This document shows positions 18,525-28,375 of a stretch of 32,000 bases of DNA, piece by piece; position 1 is the stretch's first letter; each line of letters opens with the position of its first letter. The notes under the pieces are model-generated. The model was not told where the DNA came from, did not search any database, and saw nothing but the letters and a program-made list of their open reading frames with translations. The position numbers were made by a program, and so were the translations under genes. Source of the stretch: Candidatus Harpocratesius repetitus (GTDB lineage: Archaea; Asgardarchaeota; Lokiarchaeia; Sigyniarchaeales; Promethearchaeaceae); NCBI GenBank assembly GCA_021498095.1, contig JAIZWK010000001.1, positions 1,500,001 to 1,532,000 on the forward strand. The letters are read 5' to 3'.

Positions 18525-19790
18525 ATGGCTCAAAATACCCAAGCCGTGTATCGAATTCCACAATTCGGTCCACGTTATCCAATTTTCAATAGGATTTCCT
18601 TCTTCAAAAATCTTGCGAAATCAGTTTGCAAAGCTGTTAACATTCCTGTCTCCCGACAAGGTCGAAAATGGTATTTAGATGATATTTTGGCAGTATTATG
18701 TTATTGTTGGATCCGTGGTGTCTCAGTACACCACGCTTGTGAAAAGTTAAACAGGTGGGCACAGAAATTTTTAGGTTTTCAACCTCGTGAGTATCATGAT
18801 GGTCGTAGATCCCGTGCTTTTCCACACCAAACCACAATAAACGATTGGTTACGGACACAGACGCTTTTCAATGTAGTAGAGATCTATCGAATTGTATTTG
18901 AAAAGATGATTCGGTTGGTTTTCCTTAAAGATCGAAGAACCCATCCTGTCGTGTTAGAATTTGACCTTACTTATCTCGGCTATTGGGGAAAACGTAGAGA
19001 TTTAAAGATAAAAGGTAGTAGAATGGTAAAGGGAACCAGAATGATCCGTCATTATCATGGAGCGATGATTCATGGACTGCATAAATCTCTTTTTGTAGGA
19101 TGTCATCATGTGGCAAAAGGAGAATCAAAAATTCCATATATGCTTAATACTGCTGATTGGTTATTAAATTTGGGACTAGAAATCAAAGTTTGTGTGATTG
19201 ATCGTGAATACTACCGTCAAAATATTTTAAAATCATTCAAAAATCGGGGAATTCCTGTAATCACACCTGCAAAAAACTACAAACAACTTAAAAAAGCAAA
19301 AAAAGAGTATATTTTAGGAAATAAAGAGAGGATTCAAACCTTCACAATAAGAACTAAGAATAAAGCGAACCAAAAGCGAAAATTTACACGTTGCTGGGTT
19401 CATTTATTTCCTCGAGGAAAACAGAATTTAAATGATTTGAAATACGCCTATCGACAAGGACAATTAAGTTTAAATAAAACATGTGAACAATTATATGGCT
19501 TAATTACGACTATTGCACCACAATATCGCTCAAAGTCTTTCGTGTACCTAATCAAGCGATATTACAAAATGAGATGGCAAATTGAGACTGCGTTTCGTGA
19601 TGTAAACATTCACAAAGGACTTTGGCGGTTAAATAGAGATGGAACTCGACTCTTTGGTGAAATGGGCAAATATTTATTGTTCAATTATTGGCAGATTGAA
19701 AGAGATCAAATCTCCTCTAATCACCAAATGACGTTCCAAGAATATCGCGATTGGCTTATGGATGAATTTTCTCATACTATTGACTTGTAA
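18525..19790 (+). mobile_element. ISH3-like (IS4 superfamily) transposase, apparently intact
   Basis: LEFDLTYLGYWG, VIDREYY and YYKMRWQIETAFR give D, D, E plus the YREK-type signature. ATG at 18525; the frame is open from TTG 18471. Element ends not resolved. Confidence 0.85.
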
Positions 19791-20172
19791 CGTGCTTAAT
19801 ATTTACCAAAACCAGATGGTGAATGAGATAAATGTAAAAAAAGTTATTTCATTGGGAACTCATTAAAAAAAGAATTATCAGAATTAAATCTCGAAGTGAA
19901 TTTATTATAAAAATCCTTTTAGAAATTCTTTAAAAAAAATAACCAGAATGAATAATAAACCAAATAAAGAAAACCGAGATGATGAATGATATGTAAATGA
20001 AAATATATTTTTAACTTTTTAATTATCAACGAAGAGATTATGCGAAATTTTTCAGTAAAAAGCAAAGAAAACGCGAGCGAGAAATTATCGCAAGTAGATA
20101 TGAGTTTATTTGAAAAGATATATCAATTTTGGTATAAATCGTTAAAGGAATAATAAATATCTTAATTTTAGA

Positions 20173-21063
20173 TTATACGGTGGGGAATCTTTTATAGATT
20201 AACCGTTTTAATAATTCTTTGAATTCTTGCTTATATCTTTCACGATCTACTTTTTTCATGCCATAATTAATATGTTCATAATAACAACGAAGCAAATTGG
20301 AGATGCTATATCCACTTTTATTTAATACAGTAATAAAAGTAAATGAATGATTAGGAGGAAATGGATCTTCAGTTCTAATTTCAATTACTGTTGTATCTTG
20401 TTCTATTTTATAAAATTGAAACCCTTCTTTAAGAAATTCTTTCCAACTGGGATTTAAATGAATAACCACATTAAAATAATCTAAGTATTCTTTTTGTTTT
20501 GCAGAGAAAAATGCCAGTAGCATCTGTGTTTTGTTAATTTGAATGGGAATCCCTGGATTCTCATTTTCAACTGGAACCAAATCTAGAAATTCAATTATTT
20601 TCTTGACCATTTCTTTTTTTTTTTCAATAAGATCCATTTGCTGATGATCCGAAAACATAGCACTGATGGTTGTTAAGGATTCCCAATTTTCGATAAAAAG
20701 TTGTTTTTCGGAAGGTGTATAAATCCGATTATACACATTTTTAAGAAAAGCTTTATTGTATTGTGAAATTGAATTCGTTGCATTTGTTTCAACTTCTGAA
20801 GGATTTCCTGGATCAATTAGGATTATTTGAGATCCATCGAAAAGAATGTTTCCTTCATGCAGATCATGATGAACCGCTAACTTATGATTCAAAACTAATT
20901 GTGCATCGATTAATTGAGTCATAATTTTGTTTTTTTCTTCAACAGAAAGTTCTTTTATACTCGCAAACGCTTGATCAAGAGGCTTTCCATCAATCCAATC
21001 CATCACGATTCCAACAAATGATTTTTTGTTGAAGCGAATTTGAAATGGAAAATAAATTTTCAC
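20173..21063 (-). pseudogene. N-terminally truncated protein-kinase-like gene with an unknown C-terminal domain
   Basis: Hinge IVMDWIDG, catalytic loop HHDLHEGNILF and LIDPG are present. The in-frame upstream sequence reads stop-RNIVKIY (HxNIVxL-like), but the Gly loop, beta3 Lys and alphaC are absent. Confidence 0.6.
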
Positions 21064-21082
21064 TATATTTCTTCAGGGTAAT

Positions 21083-23962
21083 ATGCGATCTTCCTTACGG
21101 GATGCACTGCGGGTTCAAGGTTATAAATTTAATCCCAAAGCTTTAACATCTATGAATTTTCCCAACTGTCACCTCTCAGTTCGGGCACGAAATAAGGCAC
21201 TCTTGGAAGCAATGGCATTGTTTGGGGAAAATTGGCAGGCGGTAATCCAACAAGACAGTAAATATTATCAAGCTTTGTTCGGCGTGGGAGAAGGGACTGG
21301 CCGAACGATTGATGTGGTTTATACATTTGACTCTGGCAAAGTAATTTGCGTTTATGCGGATGGAAGAGCAATGGATTTGGATGTTGAAACTGGAGCTCGA
21401 TGGATTGACAAAAAATATGTGACTGAACATCAATCTGAGATTATTAAGGTTTTAGTGATTGACCCTACCATCCAGAAACATTTAAAAGATTTCATCCCTA
21501 AGCAATCAATTTTAAATGTAAGGGTGAGTGAAAATATAGATACTTTCGTACTTGAGTTCGAGCTAACGAAAAGAATTTTAGGCGATGATTTTGACCGCAT
21601 TCATCATCGCCATCAATTATGGGCATCTCCATTAGCTCGTGAAGTAATAAATTTACCTTGGAACCCTACAACTTTCAATGTCAACTTTGCTAAATATCTC
21701 AAACATATTCAAAATGTCATTGCCCCAAAAGCAGAAGAAAATTACAATCTTATTCGTGAAACAACAGAGCGTCGATATCCATACTTAGAATTATCCAATA
21801 ATGAACCTTTGCCCGATAAATATTATGGAGATTATGTTATTAAAAATCGAGTTAATGGAATTTATCCAATCTTCCCACTTGAAACGAAGGGATGGAAAAT
21901 ACGAGATACACTAGCTTATATGTATATCATAGAAAATTTAGAATTACAAAGCTTGTATGAAAATCTTCAACCAAAAGAGAAAGTTGAGGCTTATTTACGA
22001 GATTATGACGATTTTATAGAAGCTTTTGCTTTAGATGGTGCTATATCTATACAGCATGATGATCATAAAATTCCAATTGAAGTTTTTAAAAATAAACACG
22101 TGCTTAATGCTATGGCGGCTAAAAAAGGAAAAATATTTTTAGTAAATCTCCGCTCGTCAAGTTATAGTGTATTTAAAGCATATCAACATTCAATGGAACC
22201 TGCCTATGTTCATCAAGCTCTTAAAAATTTAAAGAATAACAAGTTAATTCTTCTAGAATATCAGACTAATTTACTCGCTGCCATTCAATCTGTTTTTTCA
22301 GGATTGTCTATTCCTTTTCAAACTTTTCATGGAGTAGTCTCTACAAAATTTTTAGGAAGATTCCAAACAATAATTAATTATTTAAATGGAAAAAGTGATT
22401 CTAAAGCAAGTGATATATTTAAGTATATAAAGAAAATTGTGGAATACGCAAAATTAATGGAATCTCTTTCTATTTTACCTCCAGGAGAAATTGCTTCTAA
22501 TATCTTTAACCGAAATCTGAAAACAATTCAAGGTATCGATGTTTATTCTTGGCTTGAACTACCTTGTGACATTAATCCCGAAATCTCAAATTGGGAGTAT
22601 CTCCTCTCTTCATCGAGCAAAAAATCCATTATAAGTGATAATTTTAGAAAAATTTCATCTTTCGCCGATTTCTTAAGAAATTTATTAGCTGATTCATATG
22701 TTAAAAATTTACAAAATCTCCAAGCCAAATTTCAATTTATCGCAAAATACATGCCAAGTATAAAATCTTGGGAATGGCGAAATGAGATTAGCACATCCAC
22801 ACAATTAGGAAATTCTTATTTTTTTAATTGGGTCAATCAATTTACTGAAAAAATGTTTAAAGAGACAGATTTACTTCTTCTCGATCAAGTTTTTACTGAT
22901 TTGAGTGAATTTAGAGGTAATCCAACTTCATTTGAAAAATTTAATATTTTACCCCTAGAAACCTTAGAAACACTCGATGCGCTTGTCCACACCTTCATTG
23001 ATGAAATTTTTGATGGAAAAGTTGATTTCTTTGAAAATTGGGTGCAACGTATATCCCACCAATATTACATGAATACTCCAAATCGACTTCCTCTTGATTA
23101 TAAGTTTATCGATTTTGAAACTGTTTATTTTCAACTAAGCGCTCAAATAGCCTTAAAACCTGAAATTTTATCCAGATATATACTGAAAAAAGATAATGGT
23201 CAAGAATTTTCGGTTTCTCTTAGATTTGACAGTTATTTCGAACAGAATATCGCGGATAAAATAATGCAATATTTATCACCTTTTATAAAAAAGATTTTTG
23301 CTTCAGAGACTTTTATCAGACATTTGACTGGAAAGGATAAAAAAGAAATTGGCATGCATACATTAGATATTCAAATTCAGTTTCGAGACTTACTCGGTTT
23401 GATTTTCGAAGGTTTGGGATATAAAGAAAAAAATCCAAATGGAAAACCATATGCTGAAGAAAAAAATGAATTATTGAAAATTCTATTGAAAAGCGGAATT
23501 GCTCCTATATATATTCCCTATAAATGGGGTGATTTTATTGATGTAGTAAAATATTATCATAATGAGAAAAAAAATGGCAAACCTATCGGTAATCTGGCTC
23601 CGTTACTGACCATGGAGCAATTGGAAATATATCTACGCACATTGGCTAATGGATTTGCTGCAGGTCTATCAGAAATCGAAAGTCTGTATTATGCAGGATC
23701 AAGTTCTACTATTACCATTAATAGTCAAGAAATTCCCTATTATCAATTATTAGGATTTAATAATGAAGAAGAAGGAAAAGCTTTAATGGAATTATTCGGT
23801 CTGGCTGGGGTGGATCATGATACTCCCCGCAACACTGCATTTGAAAATGGATTGCCCCGCGAAAATATTTTCTTTGATTCCATTGGTGACGCTGTAAATC
23901 TTGGACATGATGGTAAACCGGTTTTCAAAATAGATGATGCCATGGATATGAGGCTTTGGTGA
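21083..23962 (+). CDS. Large hypothetical protein (959 aa) with up to three PD-(D/E)XK/Vsr-like motif sets
   Basis: RTIDVVY..KVICVYADG; PDKYYGDYVI..PLETKG; SYFEQNI..HTLDIQI..IFEGLG..LLKSGIAPIYIPY. The long open frame supports the CDS; function is inferred. Confidence 0.7.
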   Translation: MRSSLRDALRVQGYKFNPKALTSMNFPNCHLSVRARNKALLEAMALFGENWQAVIQQDSKYYQALFGVGEGTGRTIDVVYTFDSGKVICVYADGRAMDLDVETGARWIDKKYVTEHQSEIIKVLVIDPTIQKHLKDFIPKQSILNVRVSENIDTFVLEFELTKRILGDDFDRIHHRHQLWASPLAREVINLPWNPTTFNVNFAKYLKHIQNVIAPKAEENYNLIRETTERRYPYLELSNNEPLPDKYYGDYVIKNRVNGIYPIFPLETKGWKIRDTLAYMYIIENLELQSLYENLQPKEKVEAYLRDYDDFIEAFALDGAISIQHDDHKIPIEVFKNKHVLNAMAAKKGKIFLVNLRSSSYSVFKAYQHSMEPAYVHQALKNLKNNKLILLEYQTNLLAAIQSVFSGLSIPFQTFHGVVSTKFLGRFQTIINYLNGKSDSKASDIFKYIKKIVEYAKLMESLSILPPGEIASNIFNRNLKTIQGIDVYSWLELPCDINPEISNWEYLLSSSSKKSIISDNFRKISSFADFLRNLLADSYVKNLQNLQAKFQFIAKYMPSIKSWEWRNEISTSTQLGNSYFFNWVNQFTEKMFKETDLLLLDQVFTDLSEFRGNPTSFEKFNILPLETLETLDALVHTFIDEIFDGKVDFFENWVQRISHQYYMNTPNRLPLDYKFIDFETVYFQLSAQIALKPEILSRYILKKDNGQEFSVSLRFDSYFEQNIADKIMQYLSPFIKKIFASETFIRHLTGKDKKEIGMHTLDIQIQFRDLLGLIFEGLGYKEKNPNGKPYAEEKNELLKILLKSGIAPIYIPYKWGDFIDVVKYYHNEKKNGKPIGNLAPLLTMEQLEIYLRTLANGFAAGLSEIESLYYAGSSSTITINSQEIPYYQLLGFNNEEEGKALMELFGLAGVDHDTPRNTAFENGLPRENIFFDSIGDAVNLGHDGKPVFKIDDAMDMRLW

Positions 23963-24184
23963 TGGAATTACTTGCACTTGACGGATAAGTTTTTAGATTC
24001 AGGCACCTTGAATTTAGGATATGCTTGGATCAACTGGAAACTAGTAAAAATTGACTAGCAAAATTTTCATTATTATTGATCGAAATTATTAATTAATCCA
24101 TCTTTTTTCCTCCTAAATTTAAATAAAATTCTTTTTTTTTGACTCAATCACCTAAACAATAAAAAAAAATCGGATCTAAAGAAA

Positions 24185-25300
24185 ATGAAAATTACAAAGG
24201 AGTTTTTAAAAAAGCCATCTTCCCTATATCTCACAAAGTATTATCGTGATCGGTTAAAATTTCGCCCAAATCGCAGTCCAGGATCACTACGTTTTCCATA
24301 TACCGAATTGCCGCCTACCCATGCTCATTATCTACAAAAGCTCAAAGTTCTGTGGGAAGATCCCGACTACGACTACGATTCCAGCGACCCTCCATACATG
24401 AAAACGAGCGGATATTTTGATTCTAAGCGGAATTTCAAGTATTTTAACAATCTGAATCTTGTGGGGCTCCATCGCGCGCCTTCATCGGATCTCCTTGCTC
24501 ATTTGACCCGTTTTCCAGAACTTTTTCCTGAGACAGAGTTTATTTATTTAGAAGATCAATTTATTACCGAATTTCCCGCATGGATTAACCGTTTGCCTAA
24601 ACTAAGAAACCTTACCCTCGCTTTATATAACATTACATCGATTCCCGCCGATTTCTTTGCAACCCATCCTCACTTGACTGCACTTTATCTATATATTCCG
24701 TGTGTGGTCGAATTACCCGATTGCTTCAACCTTGTGCCTGATTTCCGGTCGCTAATCCTTTACAATACGAAAAACCTTCGCAGCTTGCCTGACAGCTTGT
24801 TCCACGCTCCCAAATTGGAACGCATTGAATTTTTTCCTCCAACACATGTAGGCATCAGCGTTCCGCAGTGGGAACAAATCCATCATCGTGATATTCGAAT
24901 AGTATATTGTCTCTGCAGTAATGCTGTTGAAAATGACAAATATTGGAACCGTTTTCTTATTTTCAGTAATATTCTACGAGAATCTAAAAATTTAGATCGT
25001 ATTGCACATCCTTTTGTACCAATTGCTGACTTTTTTTACTATCTGCATCCTAGCACGTGGTTTACTCATGCCGAATATGAAATAAAATGTGAACTCGATC
25101 CCTTTAATCCTATGCCAAGTCCTTGTGACATAATTCGTACGGTTATTACGCGTGACCGCCGATTAGGGCGACCTATTACTCTTGACTTTATTGAACATGT
25201 AAATAAGTATACAGATATTTATGGTGATGATTGCCTTAAATATGACAGAAACCCAAAAATTAATTTAAAAGATAAATTGTTGAAAAATCAAAGAAAATAA
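24185..25300 (+). CDS. Leucine-rich repeat protein
   Basis: LxxLxL repeats: LPKLRNLTLALYNITSIP, HPHLTALYLYIPCVVELP, FRSLILYNTKNLRSLP, APKLERIEF. Confidence 0.8.
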   Translation: MKITKEFLKKPSSLYLTKYYRDRLKFRPNRSPGSLRFPYTELPPTHAHYLQKLKVLWEDPDYDYDSSDPPYMKTSGYFDSKRNFKYFNNLNLVGLHRAPSSDLLAHLTRFPELFPETEFIYLEDQFITEFPAWINRLPKLRNLTLALYNITSIPADFFATHPHLTALYLYIPCVVELPDCFNLVPDFRSLILYNTKNLRSLPDSLFHAPKLERIEFFPPTHVGISVPQWEQIHHRDIRIVYCLCSNAVENDKYWNRFLIFSNILRESKNLDRIAHPFVPIADFFYYLHPSTWFTHAEYEIKCELDPFNPMPSPCDIIRTVITRDRRLGRPITLDFIEHVNKYTDIYGDDCLKYDRNPKINLKDKLLKNQRK

Positions 25301-25781
25301 TGGGAGATGGGTGATTTTCCAGCTTAAGGATATCTCTGAGCTATTTGAACACCCGACCCCTTGGTTTTTTGCTGGAATCGAACTGATTCTCCATCCCAAA
25401 CCAAGAATCATAGCCAATCTAGACTAATCTCCCAGTAATGCACCTTATCGTAAAGTATTTCGGAGATACTATATTATCAGCTATTTTTCCTGTATTCATT
25501 AGGAAAAAATTTCATTTGATAATACTTTACTTCTTCAATTACTAAATATATAAATATCGCATATAATAAAAAAATTACGAAAATGCCCCAGTTTGTTATA
25601 TGGTACAATTATCTGCTTAAAAGATTTAATCGATAAACTCTAATATGATATTTTTAGAAGCCATTCCTCAAAAAGAAGGACAATAATGGTTTCATTAGAA
25701 CGATTTAAAAAATTAAATATCCCATCTGCTTAAGAATAATATTCCATTTATGATCTTATCAAATATTAAAGATGGCGGAAA

Positions 25782-28274
25782 ATGGGTATGCGCGTTGATC
25801 CACAAAAAAAAGAAATTCATCTTTCTGTGAAAGATCTCATTTTCATTTCTAAACCACAAGTAGGGCGACCAGGAGGTTTTTTTATTTCCAGGAAATCACG
25901 CGCAATTAAAGGACAAGAATTACATCAGCAATTTCAATCTTTAGTTATGAAGTTAGATTCTTCTCCAGGTATTTCTGTCATAAATGAGAAATCTGTAAAG
26001 ATATCAGTAATTCATAAGGGTTGGCGCTTTATTATAACTGGTAGAGCGGATTCAGTCCAAATAATGCAAAAAAAGGTTGTTGTGCAGGAAATTAAATCAG
26101 TTATTAATTTCCAGAAATTCTCATTAAATTCACCGCTTTTTGTGGGATACCGTCAGCAATTACTTCTTTATGCTCATTATTTTAAGCAAGAGTATCCTTA
26201 TCATGAAATTCTGCCTCAATTGGTTGTTATGGAAGTTGGAAGTGTTCAAATCAAGATTATTGATGTTCCATTCGAATCCCAAACTAAGTATTTAGAAAAA
26301 CAATGTGATATTCTTCTCAATATGTGGAATGAAGGCGAGATAAAGAAAAAACAGATGCGTGGGCGCGAATCTTCAATTGTTTTTCCTTTTTCGACCTATA
26401 GACCGCATCAAAAAGAAATGATTGAGCAAATTGATTCTGCACTAAGCGATCGCAAATCCGTAATGTTGGTTGCGCCGACCGGTTTGGGGAAGACTGCAGG
26501 TTCTTTAATTCCAGCCCTTCGCCATACGATTGCAAATAACTTACGTTTGTTTATTGTAACTTCCAAAACCACCCAGCAGAAAATCTATGCTGACACGTTG
26601 CGGATTATGAGTAAACGAAAGGCTGAATTTCATGCCATTGTGCTAACAGCCAAAGAGAAGATGTGCATCAACGACACCTATTTGTGTGATTCTCATTTCT
26701 GTCCTTATATTTCGGATTATTCTGAAGAGAGGGTTACTGGTGCGGTTACACATTTATTAAAACATTCTGTTTTAGAAGCACCATTTATTCGACGAATTGC
26801 AAAAAAAGAGCGTCTTTGTCCGTTTGAGCTGGCATTAGATGCTTCTTTAGAGTGTGATGTGATTGTAGGAGATTATAATTATGTATTTAATCCCCGTATT
26901 CGTCTGCAGAGATATTTTGATGATATTCACGATGATTGCCTGATCATTGTAGATGAAGCGCATAATCTTCCTGATCGAGCTCGAGAGTATTATTCTCCTT
27001 CCTTATTGAAGGAAGAAATTGAAGAAATAATTGTTTTTATTCATGAGCAGCCAGTATCATTCGAGACAAGAAAAGCACTTGAAGATCAATTGAAAGATAT
27101 ATTAGGTTATCTTCAAAAAATGCATTCAAGACTTAAACATGAATTATCTGGATTTAATCAGCGTGTGGTTCCTGTAAAGGTTGATAATAAGCGCTTTTCT
27201 AGTTGGGTTAAATCATTAGACAAATTAGTCTATCTGTATGTACAAGAATTGTCGAAAGACTCCGATCATTCACTGCTACCTGATGATCCATTTTTAATAT
27301 TCATTCGTTCATTCACTTTCTTTACTTCTTTATTATCTGAGCGTCAAAAACCCGAATTCCAACTATTATATTATCCAAAAGAGTATCGACTTCAAATTTT
27401 CTGCATATCTGCACATCGTAAGTTGGCTCAACAAATGCAAGGATTTTATGCAGTGATTATGCAATCTGCTACTTTAACACCATTTGAATATTATCAGAAA
27501 ATGCTTGGTTTACCAAAAACAACAAAAAAAATTATTTATCCTTCTCCCTTTCCTCCAGAAAATATGCTCATCTTGAATTATACAGGATTGTCAACTCGTT
27601 ATGAACATCGAAAAAATTCACTACAAAAAATCGCAGAATTAATCATAACCACCGTGAATGTTCATCCTGGGAACTATCTGGCATTTTTTCCTAGCTATTC
27701 TTATTTAGATCAAGTTTTTTCTCTGTTAGAAAATAGAAATCTACCAGTAGAAATAATAAAACAAGGAAGAAATATGACTGAACGTGAACGTAAAAAAACG
27801 TTAAAATTGCTTCAAAAACATGCTCAAAATCAATTAATGAGGCTTTCAACACAAAATCTTAAAAAAAATCCGAAGCATTTAAGAAAAAATAGGAGTAAAT
27901 TCGGATTTCTACTTTGTGGGGTTCATGGAGGAATTTTCAGTGAAGGAGTCGATTATGAAGGAGATATGGGAATAGGTGTTTTTATCATCGGTCCTGGACT
28001 CCCTTCTTATAATTTCGAGCAAGAATTGATAAAAGATTATTTTCAAAAAACCATGCATAAAGGATTTGAATACGCTTATCGAAATCCAGGGATGACTCGT
28101 GTAATACAGGCTGCAGGACGCATTATTCGTTCTTCACAAGATCGAGGTGTTATATTGTTGATCGGGGAACGATTTGCTACTCCATATTATGCTGAGTTAT
28201 TTCCAAAAGAATGGAATATTCATAAAATAAAAGATTATAAAGCAATTCCTATCTATTTGAATAATTTTTGGTGA
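25782..28274 (+). CDS. dinG: DinG/XPD-family Fe-S 5'-3' helicase with an N-terminal Cas4/RecB-like PD-(D/E)XK nuclease domain
   Basis: Nuclease: GQELHQ, GRADSV, QEIKS, QQLLLY. Helicase: APTGLGKT, four Cys (MCINDTYLC..HFCPY..RLCPF), DEAH, SATL, FFPSY, FSEGVD, QAAGRIIRS. Confidence 0.9.
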   Translation: MGMRVDPQKKEIHLSVKDLIFISKPQVGRPGGFFISRKSRAIKGQELHQQFQSLVMKLDSSPGISVINEKSVKISVIHKGWRFIITGRADSVQIMQKKVVVQEIKSVINFQKFSLNSPLFVGYRQQLLLYAHYFKQEYPYHEILPQLVVMEVGSVQIKIIDVPFESQTKYLEKQCDILLNMWNEGEIKKKQMRGRESSIVFPFSTYRPHQKEMIEQIDSALSDRKSVMLVAPTGLGKTAGSLIPALRHTIANNLRLFIVTSKTTQQKIYADTLRIMSKRKAEFHAIVLTAKEKMCINDTYLCDSHFCPYISDYSEERVTGAVTHLLKHSVLEAPFIRRIAKKERLCPFELALDASLECDVIVGDYNYVFNPRIRLQRYFDDIHDDCLIIVDEAHNLPDRAREYYSPSLLKEEIEEIIVFIHEQPVSFETRKALEDQLKDILGYLQKMHSRLKHELSGFNQRVVPVKVDNKRFSSWVKSLDKLVYLYVQELSKDSDHSLLPDDPFLIFIRSFTFFTSLLSERQKPEFQLLYYPKEYRLQIFCISAHRKLAQQMQGFYAVIMQSATLTPFEYYQKMLGLPKTTKKIIYPSPFPPENMLILNYTGLSTRYEHRKNSLQKIAELIITTVNVHPGNYLAFFPSYSYLDQVFSLLENRNLPVEIIKQGRNMTERERKKTLKLLQKHAQNQLMRLSTQNLKKNPKHLRKNRSKFGFLLCGVHGGIFSEGVDYEGDMGIGVFIIGPGLPSYNFEQELIKDYFQKTMHKGFEYAYRNPGMTRVIQAAGRIIRSSQDRGVILLIGERFATPYYAELFPKEWNIHKIKDYKAIPIYLNNFW

Positions 28275-28375
28275 ATAAAAACACTGTATTAATATACCAT
28301 ATAAGGATATGATAAGTGATGTAAATAAATACTTAACCAAAAAAATTTATAAAATTCGATCTTTATTTTTACAAT

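Noticed and set aside
18354-19811. Terminal inverted repeats for the ISH3-like element (18354-18367 and 19798-19811, 12/14)
   Set aside because: Short, very AT-rich and without a target-site duplication; could be chance.
23960-23962. Selenocysteine codon in the 959-aa ORF
   Set aside because: No SECIS-like hairpin recognisable downstream, no redox motif context, and the W-stop-W pattern fits a TGG-to-TGA mutation better.
25262-25499. Minus-strand frame with two in-frame TAG codons (pyrrolysine or recoding?)
   Set aside because: The translation resembles nothing and is antisense to a plus-strand small ORF; no pyl genes are in the window.
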